From an uncultured Syntrophaceae bacterium (GTDB taxonomy: Bacteria; Desulfobacterota; Syntrophia; Syntrophales; UBA2192), in NCBI GenBank assembly GCA_964585095.1, contig CAZPCN010000006.1, forward strand, positions 13,160 to 77,159: a DNA stretch of 64,000 nucleotides, written 5' to 3'. The notes under the pieces were generated by a model that did not search any database, had not been told where the DNA came from, and saw only the letters and a program-made list of their open reading frames with translations. The translations under genes were made by a program, and so were the position numbers. Position 1 is the first letter of the stretch; every line of letters starts with the position of its first letter. Shown here one piece after another: positions 33,716 through 41,840 of the stretch.

Positions 33716-33880
33716 ATGGATGAATATGGCATTGACCGATTCATTTGCGGGGCTGTTCTGGTGTTTCATGGTTCATCCGATGAACAGCACGGCTGCTTCG
33801 ACGAGCATCCCCGAATCAGGGGGCGAGCCTATGCGTTGCCCCGTAGACATGGCTGCCAGGTGAGGGATCGTCATCCATGA
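33716..33880 (+). CDS. Possible 54-aa Cys/His-rich leader ORF translationally coupled to cusB
   Basis: My own translation: MDEYGIDRFICGAVLVFHGSSDEQHGCFDEHPRIRGRAYALPRRHGCQVRDRHP. AAGGGA lies about 7 nt upstream. Its TGA overlaps the cusB ATG (ATGA at 33877-33880). It is below the ORF-track length cutoff. Confidence 0.25.
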   Translation: MDEYGIDRFICGAVLVFHGSSDEQHGCFDEHPRIRGRAYALPRRHGCQVRDRHP

Positions 33881-35229
33881 AGAAACGCCATTATGTTGCC
33901 GCTGTCTTCCTGTGCGCCGCTGCTGCGTACCTTGCAGGCTACTGGTCCGGCTCGCCGGTGGGTCCCGGAGCGGGAACCGCCGTCACAGAGCCGCCTCAAC
34001 CCGCCGGAAAAACAGGATCTGCCGTTTCGGAAGACACATTTCCTTCCGGCACGGTCCGGGTCAGCCCCGAAAAACAGCAGGTCATGGGCATCCGCCTGGC
34101 CCCTGTGGAAAGATCCGCGGAAGCCCACACCCTGCGGGTGCTGGGCAGGGTCGCCGCCGATGAGACCCGCATCTACCAGATCAATGCCGCCGTGGACGGC
34201 TGGATACGCCAGACCTACAACAACCCGACGGGCACCCTCGTGAAAAAGGACGAGCGGCTGGCTACCTTTTACAGCCCCGAGTTTCTCTCCGCCCAGCAGG
34301 CCTATATCGTGTCCCTCGGTGCCATAGCCCGCCAGAAGGCCGAAGGGGAGAGAGTTTCCGCACAGACTACCCTGTCCCGGGTCAGCAACCAGCAGTACGC
34401 CGAGGCCCTGCAAAACCTCGGGATGAGCGAGAAGCAGATCGAGGAAATCGCGCGGACGGGGCAGCGCACGCAGGACGTGCAGATTCTTGCCCCCGCCCCG
34501 GGATTCATCCTCGCCCGGAACATAACCCCCAACCAGAGATTCAGCAAGGGAACGGAGCTTTTCAGGATCGCCGACCTGCGGCGTGTCTGGGTCGTGATGG
34601 ACCTTTTCGAGAATGAGACCCGGCACCTCAAGCCCGGCACCGTCGCGAAGGTTATCGTCCCCCAGATGGAGAAGACATTCACGGCGAAGATCAGCGCCAC
34701 CCCGCCCCAGTTCGACTCCGCGACGCGGACCCTGAAGATGCGCCTCGAGGCGGACAATCCCGCCTTTGTCCTCCGGCCCGACATGTTCGTGGACGTGGAG
34801 CTCCCCGTCACCTTCCCGCCGGCCGTTACGGTCCCGGCCGACGCGGTCCTGGACTCGGGTCTCAAGAAGACCGTCTTCGTCGACCGCGGCAGCGGCTTCT
34901 TCGAGCCGCGCCAGGTGGAGACGGGATGGCGGTTCGGCAACCGCGTCGAAATCACCCGAGGTCTCGAACCGGGGGAGCGAATCGTCGTTTCGGGCAACTT
35001 CCTCATCGATTCCGAAAGCCGGATGGAACTGGCGGCGGCGGGGATGTACGGGACGATTGAAAAAGACCCCGTCTGCGGAGCCGCCGTCTCCGTGAAGAAG
35101 GCGCTGAAGGAAGGAAGAACCAGCATCCACCAGGACAGGACCTACTATTTCTCCTCCTCGGATTGCAAGGAACGCTTCGACAGGGACCCCGCTCGCTACG
35201 CAGTAAAGCCGGTGGAAGGCAATGATTGA
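33877..35229 (+). CDS. cusB: Heavy-metal efflux RND periplasmic adaptor (CusB-like) with C-terminal YHS/TRASH-type domain
   Basis: Layout typical of HlyD/MFP barrel-sandwich and beta-barrel adaptors. The C-terminal DPVCGAAVSVKKALKEGRTSIHQDRTYYFSSSDCKERFDRDPARY is a YHS-type metal-binding domain. Confidence 0.85.
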   Translation: MKKRHYVAAVFLCAAAAYLAGYWSGSPVGPGAGTAVTEPPQPAGKTGSAVSEDTFPSGTVRVSPEKQQVMGIRLAPVERSAEAHTLRVLGRVAADETRIYQINAAVDGWIRQTYNNPTGTLVKKDERLATFYSPEFLSAQQAYIVSLGAIARQKAEGERVSAQTTLSRVSNQQYAEALQNLGMSEKQIEEIARTGQRTQDVQILAPAPGFILARNITPNQRFSKGTELFRIADLRRVWVVMDLFENETRHLKPGTVAKVIVPQMEKTFTAKISATPPQFDSATRTLKMRLEADNPAFVLRPDMFVDVELPVTFPPAVTVPADAVLDSGLKKTVFVDRGSGFFEPRQVETGWRFGNRVEITRGLEPGERIVVSGNFLIDSESRMELAAAGMYGTIEKDPVCGAAVSVKKALKEGRTSIHQDRTYYFSSSDCKERFDRDPARYAVKPVEGND

Positions 35230-38200
35230 CCGCATCATCGATTTTTCGGTGAAGAACAAGTTCCTCGTGTTCGCCGTGGTGCTCGTGGCCTGCGCCGCGG
35301 GCTGGTGGTCGCTCAGGAATGTCCCCCTGGACGCCATCCCGGATCTTTCCGACACCCAGGTGATTATCTATTCGCGCTGGGACCGAAGCCCCGACATCAT
35401 GGAAGACCAGGTGACCTACCCGATCGTCACCGCCATGCTGGGCGCTCCCCGTGTCAAAGCCGTCCGCGGGTTTTCCGATTTCGGCTATTCCTTCGTCTAC
35501 GTGATCTTCGAGGACGACACCGACATCTACTGGGCCAGGGCCCGAACCCAGGAATACCTTTCGTCGGTGCTCACACGCCTGCCCGAGGGGGCGAAGACCG
35601 AACTCGGGCCCGACGCCACGGGCCTGGGGTGGGTCTACCAGTATGTCCTCGCCGACACATCCGGCAGGCAAAGCCTCGCCGAGTTGCGCTCCATCCAGGA
35701 CTGGTACCTCCGGTACCACCTGAAGGCCGTCCCCGGCGTCTCCGAGGTGGCCTCCGTGGGCGGCTTCGGCAAGCAATACCAGGTCAATGTGGACCCCAAC
35801 CGGCTGCAGGCCTACGGCCTGTCCATCGGCCGTGTCGTCGAAGCGGTCAGAAAGGGCAACAGCGAGGCCGCAGGCCGGCTCATCGAATTCGGCGGCACTG
35901 AATACATGATTCGGGGCCGGGGCTATGCGCGTTCCATCGAGGACTTCAGGGACATCGTCCTGACCGTGAGTGAAAACGGCACCCCCATCTGTATCAAGGA
36001 CATCGGGCAGGTGGTCCTCGGACCCGACCTCAGGCGGGAGGCCGTAGACCTCGACGGTGGGGGGGAGGCGGTCTCCGGCATCATCGTCATGCGCCACGGC
36101 CAGAACGCACTCGACGTCATCGAACGCGTCAAGGCGAAGATCGCCGACATCGAGCCGGGACTCCCCCCCGGCGTCAAAGTCGTCCCTGTGTACGACCGCT
36201 CTCAGCTCATCCTGCGCGCCATCGGCAATGTGAAGGTAACCCTCTCCGAGGTCCTCCTCACGGTGGCCGCCGTCATCCTCATCTTCCTGTGGCACATCCC
36301 CAGCGCCATCATCCCGCTCATCACCATCCCCGTTGCGGTACTGACCTCGTTTATCCTGTTCAAGTGGCTGGGGGTCACGGCCAACATCATGTCCCTGGGC
36401 GGGATCGCCATCGCCATCGGGACGTTGGTGGACGCCGCCATCGTGGTTGTGGAGCAGACTCACAAAAACCTCGAGGAGTGGGAGAAAGAGGGCTGTCCGG
36501 GGGATTCGAGGGACGTCGTTCTCAAGGCCGTCAAGCAGGTCGCCGGCCCCAGCTTCTTCGCCCTGCTGGTGATCGCCGTCTCCTTTCTGCCCGTGCTGAC
36601 CCTGGAGGCGCAGGAAGGACGGATGTTCAAGCCCCTGGCCTACACGAAAAACCTCTCCATGATCATCGCCGCCGTGCTGGCCATCACGCTGGATCCGGCC
36701 GTGAGGCTGTTTCTCACTCACCGCGAGGCCTTTTCGTTCAAGCCGACCTGGCTGGCAAAGACCGCCAACACGGTCTTCGTTGGCACCATCCAGCCGGAGG
36801 AAAAGCACCCCGTCAGCCGAGCCCTCAACCGGCTCTATGAACCCGTGGCGATTTGGACGCTCAAGAAACCTCGTCACGTCATCAGCGGGGCCTTCGTCCT
36901 GGTGCTCGTCACCATCCCCGTCTATTTCCAACTCGGATCTGAATTCATGCCCCCCCTTGACGAGGAATCCCTTCTCTACATGCCCACGACGATGCCGGGC
37001 ATTTCCATCACCGAGGCGCAGAAGGTGCTGCAGGTCACTGACCGGATCATCAAACAGTTCCCCGAAGTGGACCGCGTCCTGGGCAAGGCGGGCCGGGCAG
37101 GCACGTCGACGGACCCGGCGCCCCTGTCCATGCTGGAAACGGTGATCATCCTGAAACCGAAGTCTGACTGGAGACGCAAGGACACCTGGTATTCCTCATG
37201 GGCGCCGGACGGGGTACAGGCGGTTCTTCGTCACATCGTGCCGGATCATCTCTCCCAGGAGGAGCTCGTCGCCCAGATGAACAAGGCCCTGGCCCTGCCG
37301 GGACTGGCCAGCGCATGGACCATGCCGATCCGGGGGCGGATCGAGATGCTGAGCACGGGCCTGCGCACGCCGGTCGGGCTGAAAATATCGGGCTCCGACC
37401 TCGACACGATCGAAGAGATAGGGGCCGCCGTCGAATCGGTCCTGAGCCCGGTGAAGGGAACCCGCAGCATCTTCGCGGAGCGAACGGGCAGCGGCTACTT
37501 CCTGGACTTCGAGTGGAACCGCAGGGCGCTGTCCCGGCACGGCTTGAGCGTTGAGGAGGCGCAGGAGGTCGTCCAGAGGGCCATCGGCGGCGAAAACGTG
37601 ACCGCCACCGTCGAGGGGCGTGAGCGCTACCCGGTGAATGTCCGCTACATGCGCGATTTCCGATCGGACATGAGCGCGCTGGGACGCGTCCTCGTGCCGG
37701 TTTCCGGAGGCCAGAAACAGGTCCCCCTCTCCCAGCTTGCCCGGGTGAGTGTCGTCAGCGGGCCTTCCATGATCCGCAACGAGGACGGCCTGCTCACGGG
37801 CTATGTCTATGTGGATGTGGCGGGCCGTGATGCCCAAAGCTATATCGATGAGGCGGGGACGCTCCTCCGGGAGAAGGTGCAGCTCCCTCCGGGTTATGCC
37901 ATCCTGTGGAGCGGCCAATACGAAGCCATGCAGCGGGTGAGGGAGCGGTTGATCCAGGTGATCCCCCTGACCCTGTTCCTGATCGTCCTGCTTCTCTATC
38001 TCAATACCCGGTCCGTCACCAAGACGATGATCGTGCTTCTGGCCGTCCCTTTCTCCGCCATCGGTGCGTTCTGGTTCCTTTATCTTCTCGGGTACAACAT
38101 GAGCATCGGCGTCTGGGTCGGCCTGATCGCGCTTCTCGGCGTGGACGCCGAGACGGGCGTATTCATGCTCCTTTACCTGGATCTTGCCTATGAGCGAGCG

Positions 38201-38551
38201 AAGAAGGAAGGCCGCCTCCGGAGCCTCGGCGACCTGCAGAATGCCATCCTCTACGGTGCTGTCCGAAGGCTGCGGCCCAAGTTCATGACCGTGGCCACCG
38301 CCTTCCTCGGACTTGTGCCGATCATGTGGTCCATCGGGACCGGCTCCGACGTTATGAAGAGGATCGCAGCCCCCATGATCGGGGGGATCTTCACCTCCTT
38401 TCTGCTGGAGCTTCTCGTTTATCCGGCCATTTACCAGGTCTGGAAGTGGCATTTTGTGCTGAAAAGGGAACTCGCCGTTCAGGAGCCGCGATCCGGCGTG
38501 GATCCTGTCCCTGAACGCGAGTCATCGTCCCTTGCCTCGTCTACGAAATGA
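35222..38551 (+). CDS. cusA: Heavy-metal efflux RND pump (CusA/CzcA family)
   Basis: 1,109 aa with 12-TM RND architecture. N-terminus MIDRIIDFSVKNKFLVFAVVLV...PLDAIPDLSDTQVIIY is typical of HME-RND pumps. It overlaps the cusB stop by 8 nt. Confidence 0.9.
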   Translation: MIDRIIDFSVKNKFLVFAVVLVACAAGWWSLRNVPLDAIPDLSDTQVIIYSRWDRSPDIMEDQVTYPIVTAMLGAPRVKAVRGFSDFGYSFVYVIFEDDTDIYWARARTQEYLSSVLTRLPEGAKTELGPDATGLGWVYQYVLADTSGRQSLAELRSIQDWYLRYHLKAVPGVSEVASVGGFGKQYQVNVDPNRLQAYGLSIGRVVEAVRKGNSEAAGRLIEFGGTEYMIRGRGYARSIEDFRDIVLTVSENGTPICIKDIGQVVLGPDLRREAVDLDGGGEAVSGIIVMRHGQNALDVIERVKAKIADIEPGLPPGVKVVPVYDRSQLILRAIGNVKVTLSEVLLTVAAVILIFLWHIPSAIIPLITIPVAVLTSFILFKWLGVTANIMSLGGIAIAIGTLVDAAIVVVEQTHKNLEEWEKEGCPGDSRDVVLKAVKQVAGPSFFALLVIAVSFLPVLTLEAQEGRMFKPLAYTKNLSMIIAAVLAITLDPAVRLFLTHREAFSFKPTWLAKTANTVFVGTIQPEEKHPVSRALNRLYEPVAIWTLKKPRHVISGAFVLVLVTIPVYFQLGSEFMPPLDEESLLYMPTTMPGISITEAQKVLQVTDRIIKQFPEVDRVLGKAGRAGTSTDPAPLSMLETVIILKPKSDWRRKDTWYSSWAPDGVQAVLRHIVPDHLSQEELVAQMNKALALPGLASAWTMPIRGRIEMLSTGLRTPVGLKISGSDLDTIEEIGAAVESVLSPVKGTRSIFAERTGSGYFLDFEWNRRALSRHGLSVEEAQEVVQRAIGGENVTATVEGRERYPVNVRYMRDFRSDMSALGRVLVPVSGGQKQVPLSQLARVSVVSGPSMIRNEDGLLTGYVYVDVAGRDAQSYIDEAGTLLREKVQLPPGYAILWSGQYEAMQRVRERLIQVIPLTLFLIVLLLYLNTRSVTKTMIVLLAVPFSAIGAFWFLYLLGYNMSIGVWVGLIALLGVDAETGVFMLLYLDLAYERAKKEGRLRSLGDLQNAILYGAVRRLRPKFMTVATAFLGLVPIMWSIGTGSDVMKRIAAPMIGGIFTSFLLELLVYPAIYQVWKWHFVLKRELAVQEPRSGVDPVPERESSSLASSTK

Positions 38552-38605
38552 AAACAACCCGGACGGGGACGGCCGGGAGTGCAAGCACACTGACGGGAGG
38601 TAGCA

Positions 38606-39112
38606 ATGAAAAAGATTCTCTTTGTTTTCATAGCCATCGTGTTCGTTCTTTGCATGACCTTGGCAGCTCTCGCCCAGGAAGACGTAAAGAAGCACTCATC
38701 CTGTAAATACTGCGGGATGGACCGGGAGAAGTTTGCCCACAGCCGCATGCTCGTCGAGTACAGCGACGGGACGGCCGTGGGCACCTGCAGCATTCACTGC
38801 GCCGCGGTGGACCTGGCCCTGAATATCGATAAAACGCCGAAGGGGGTCCTGGTGGCGGACTACAGCACGAAGGCCCTCATCGATGCCGAGAAGGCGACGT
38901 GGGTTCTGGGCGGAAGAAAGATGGGCGTCATGACGCGGAATGCCAAGTGGGCTTTCGCACAAAAAGGGGACGCCGAGACATTCGTCGGCCAGCACGGCGG
39001 GAAACTCGCCGCCTATGACGACGCCATGAAGGCCGCCTACGAAGACATGTACTCCGACACGAAGATGATCCGGGACAAAAGAAAGATGCGGATGATGGAG
39101 CACAAGCACTAG
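38606..39112 (+). CDS. NosL-family periplasmic copper chaperone-like protein (paralogue 1)
   Basis: Signal peptide, the NosL hallmark CxxCGM (SCKYCGMD), a second Cys pair CSIHC, and a His/Met-rich tail (MRMMEHKH). Confidence 0.75.
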   Translation: MKKILFVFIAIVFVLCMTLAALAQEDVKKHSSCKYCGMDREKFAHSRMLVEYSDGTAVGTCSIHCAAVDLALNIDKTPKGVLVADYSTKALIDAEKATWVLGGRKMGVMTRNAKWAFAQKGDAETFVGQHGGKLAAYDDAMKAAYEDMYSDTKMIRDKRKMRMMEHKH

Positions 39113-39250
39113 ATGGGCTTCCACGTCCGTTCATAAAATCTCCCCCTGCCCTCCTTTGTCAAAGGAGGGGGCCTGATTCTTACCCCTTCCCCAAAGGGGG
39201 AAAGGGGGGGATTTCTTCGATCGATCCGAGTTGCATCTCAAGAGGCCCAG

Positions 39251-39724
39251 ATGAAACGTGTTGCTGCGATTATGCTGCTCGTATTGTTCGCAACGTCCCC
39301 GGTGGGGGCTGCGGAGCGCAAACCCGTCAGGCCCGCCGCCAGGGACAAGTGCCCCGTCTGTGGAATGTTTGTGGCCAAATACCCGGACTTTGTCGCCCAG
39401 GTCATTTTCAACGACGGCTCCTATGCCGTCTTCGATGGGGCCAAGGACCTGTTCAAGTATACCCTCAACCTGAAGAAGTATGCCCCGGTAAAAAGTGCGG
39501 GGGATGTCGTTGCGATTTACGTGACCGATTACTACAGCCTCGAACCCGTCGACGGAACGACGGCCTGGTACGTCACCGGGAGCGATGTCTTCGGGCCCAT
39601 GGGAAAGGAACTCATTCCTTTCGGAAAGGAAGCCGATGCCAGGGGATTCATGAAAGACCACAAAGGAAAGTCCCTCCTGCGGTTCAAGGACGTCCATCCC
39701 GAACTGATCAGGGGGCTGGATTAG
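39251..39724 (+). CDS. NosL-family periplasmic copper chaperone-like protein (paralogue 2)
   Basis: Signal peptide, KCPVCGMFV motif, and the NosL-like core YAVFDGAKDLFKY...VTDYYS...GSDVFGPMGKELIPF. Confidence 0.75.
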   Translation: MKRVAAIMLLVLFATSPVGAAERKPVRPAARDKCPVCGMFVAKYPDFVAQVIFNDGSYAVFDGAKDLFKYTLNLKKYAPVKSAGDVVAIYVTDYYSLEPVDGTTAWYVTGSDVFGPMGKELIPFGKEADARGFMKDHKGKSLLRFKDVHPELIRGLD

Positions 39725-39728
39725 AGCC

Positions 39729-40037
39729 GTGAGAAAATCAACGATCCTGTTCCTGTACCTTTCCGTCAACAGCGTGCTCCTGGGCCTGGTGTTGACCCAC
39801 GCGTGGGTTCGGGGGAATGCGGGGGAGGCGCTATTCAAGGCCAAGGCGGATATGGTCGCGAGGCTCGACCTGACGGATTTGTGCCTCGTCACGGAGGCAA
39901 GCTACACGCGGCACGTTTCGCAGGCCGACCTGCACACCCCGTTCCAGAACGCCCCCCTGTCGTTCGAGCATTTCCCGTCGGGTACGCTGGTACCGCCTCC
40001 CCCGGCGCTGAGGAGGATCCATGGAAAAATGGATTGA
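39729..40037 (+). CDS. Small single-TM hypothetical protein
   Basis: The GTG start lies 5 nt after the nosL-2 stop. One TM (ILFLYLSVNSVLLGLVLTHAW). The gene overlaps the following permease gene by 17 nt, which suggests translational coupling. Confidence 0.45.
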   Translation: MRKSTILFLYLSVNSVLLGLVLTHAWVRGNAGEALFKAKADMVARLDLTDLCLVTEASYTRHVSQADLHTPFQNAPLSFEHFPSGTLVPPPPALRRIHGKMD

Positions 40038-41154
40038 GAGACAGAGGCATCTCATCGATTTCACCCTGTCTTCGCTCTTCCGGCGAAAGAGAAAGAATGC
40101 CTCTCTCGTCTTCGTCTACGCTCTCGTGGTGTTTCTGCTGGCCTCGGTGGTCTTTTTCGTCCAGTCCATGAGGAAAGAGTCCGCCGCCGCGCTGAAGGAG
40201 GCACCCGATCTGATCATCCAGCGCATGATGGCGGGGCGCCACGAACTCATTCCGACGTCCTACCTGGAACGGGTCCGGCCGATCCGCGGGGTGAGCTCGG
40301 CGAAGGCAAGGCTCTGGGGGTATTATTATGACCCTGTCGTCGGCGCCAACTACACCCTCATGGTCCCTGCGGATTCCGATCTCGCCGCGGGCAGGATCAT
40401 CATCGGGGATGGCGTATCGAGGGTGCGCCTCGCAGAGGAGGGGGACACGATGGAGTTCCGGACGTACGACGGGAAACTTGTCGACCTCGAGATACAGAGC
40501 ACCCTCTCGTCGGAATCGGAAATGGTTTCGTCGGACCTGGTTCTGGTCACGGAGCGGGATTTTCGCATCCTGTTCGGCGTGCCGGAAGGGTTTGCCACCG
40601 ACCTGGCGGTACGGATCCGGAACCCCCGGGAGATGCCGACAGTGGCCCTGAAGGCGGCCGAATTGCTGCCCGACACGAGGCAGATTCTGAAACAGGAGAT
40701 TCTCCGGACCTATGACGCCGTGTTCGACTGGCGCGGCGGAATCCTCATCGCGATCCTGTCAGGTGTCCTGCTGGCCTTCGGGATCCTTGCCTGGGACAAG
40801 GCCTCGGGCCTGAGTTCCGAGGAGAGACGGGAGATCGGCATTCTCAAGGCCATCGGGTGGGAGACCTCCGATGTGCTCCTCATGAAGTTCTGGGAAGGCA
40901 CGGCGGTCTCGCTGGCGGCCTTTTTTGCGGGCGTGCTGCTTGCCTACGTTCACGTCTATTTCGCCTCGGCGGCCCTCTTCGAACCCGCGATGAAGGGCTG
41001 GTCTGTCCTCTATCCCCGGTTCAGAATGATCCCTTCCCTGGACTTCTTCGAACTGTCGATCCTGTTCTTTCTGGCCGTCGTCCCCTACACCGTGGCGACG
41101 ATCATCCCGGCATGGCGGGTGGCCACGTCGGACCCTGATTCGGTGATGAGGTAA
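40021..41154 (+). CDS. ABC transporter permease, FtsX/MacB-LolCE type
   Basis: TM1, a periplasmic domain of about 200 aa, then three C-terminal TMs carrying FtsX-type motifs (GILKAIGWETSDVLLMKFWEG). Confidence 0.8.
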   Translation: MEKWIERQRHLIDFTLSSLFRRKRKNASLVFVYALVVFLLASVVFFVQSMRKESAAALKEAPDLIIQRMMAGRHELIPTSYLERVRPIRGVSSAKARLWGYYYDPVVGANYTLMVPADSDLAAGRIIIGDGVSRVRLAEEGDTMEFRTYDGKLVDLEIQSTLSSESEMVSSDLVLVTERDFRILFGVPEGFATDLAVRIRNPREMPTVALKAAELLPDTRQILKQEILRTYDAVFDWRGGILIAILSGVLLAFGILAWDKASGLSSEERREIGILKAIGWETSDVLLMKFWEGTAVSLAAFFAGVLLAYVHVYFASAALFEPAMKGWSVLYPRFRMIPSLDFFELSILFFLAVVPYTVATIIPAWRVATSDPDSVMR

Positions 41155-41159
41155 GGGGG

Positions 41160-41840
41160 ATGATCGATCTTATCGACATCCGGAAAGTCTTCAACGCGGG
41201 GAAACCGAACGAGTTTGTTGCCGTCAACGGCATCACGCTGCGGATCGAATCGGAGACGATGACCGTCTTCAGGGGGCCCAGCGGTTCCGGGAAGACGACG
41301 CTGCTGTCGATGGTTGGTTGCCTGTCGAGACCGACGTCGGGGCGGATCCGGCTCAACGACCGGGAAATCACCAGCCTGCCCGAGCGGTTTCTGACGGAGA
41401 TCCGGCAGAGCCTGTTCGGCTTTATCTTCCAGCAATGCAACCTGATCAAAGGGATGACGGTGCTGGAAAACGTGATGATTCCCGCTTATCCCCTGGGGGA
41501 AAGGCACGCCTCGCTCAAGCGACGGGCCCTCGATCTGCTGGACGCTTTCAAAATGGTGCAGAAGGCGGAGGCGAAAACGGAATGGCTCTCCGGCGGGGAG
41601 GCGCAGCGTGTGGCCATTTCGCGGGCACTGATCAACAACCCTCGTTACATAATCGCCGACGAGCCGACGGCAAACCTGGACACACGGCTGTCCCAGGAGT
41701 TTATGGAAATCATGGGTAAATTGGCCGATGAGCGCAGGACCGTCCTGATCGCAAGCCACGACAGCCTCGTTTACGATTCGTCCCGGGTCAATCGTGTGAT
41801 CGACCTCCGGGACGGACGGATAGCGGAGATGGAAGCATGA
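41160..41840 (+). CDS. ABC transporter ATP-binding protein (MacB/LolD-like)
   Basis: Walker A GPSGSGKTT, signature LSGGEAQRVAISRAL, Walker B IIADEPTANLD. Confidence 0.9.
   Translation: MIDLIDIRKVFNAGKPNEFVAVNGITLRIESETMTVFRGPSGSGKTTLLSMVGCLSRPTSGRIRLNDREITSLPERFLTEIRQSLFGFIFQQCNLIKGMTVLENVMIPAYPLGERHASLKRRALDLLDAFKMVQKAEAKTEWLSGGEAQRVAISRALINNPRYIIADEPTANLDTRLSQEFMEIMGKLADERRTVLIASHDSLVYDSSRVNRVIDLRDGRIAEMEA

Noticed and set aside
35003-38452. Minus-strand ORFs 35003..36931 (642 aa) and 37196..38452 (418 aa)
   Set aside because: They lie antisense to the 1,109-codon CusA frame. Asp/Gly/His/Arg-rich shadow ORFs.
38606-39724. NosL genes as evidence for a nitrous-oxide reductase (denitrification) cluster
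   Set aside because: No nosZ, nosR, nosD, nosF or nosY is recognisable anywhere in the window. The adjacent ABC transporter is FtsX/MacB-type, not NosFY-type.
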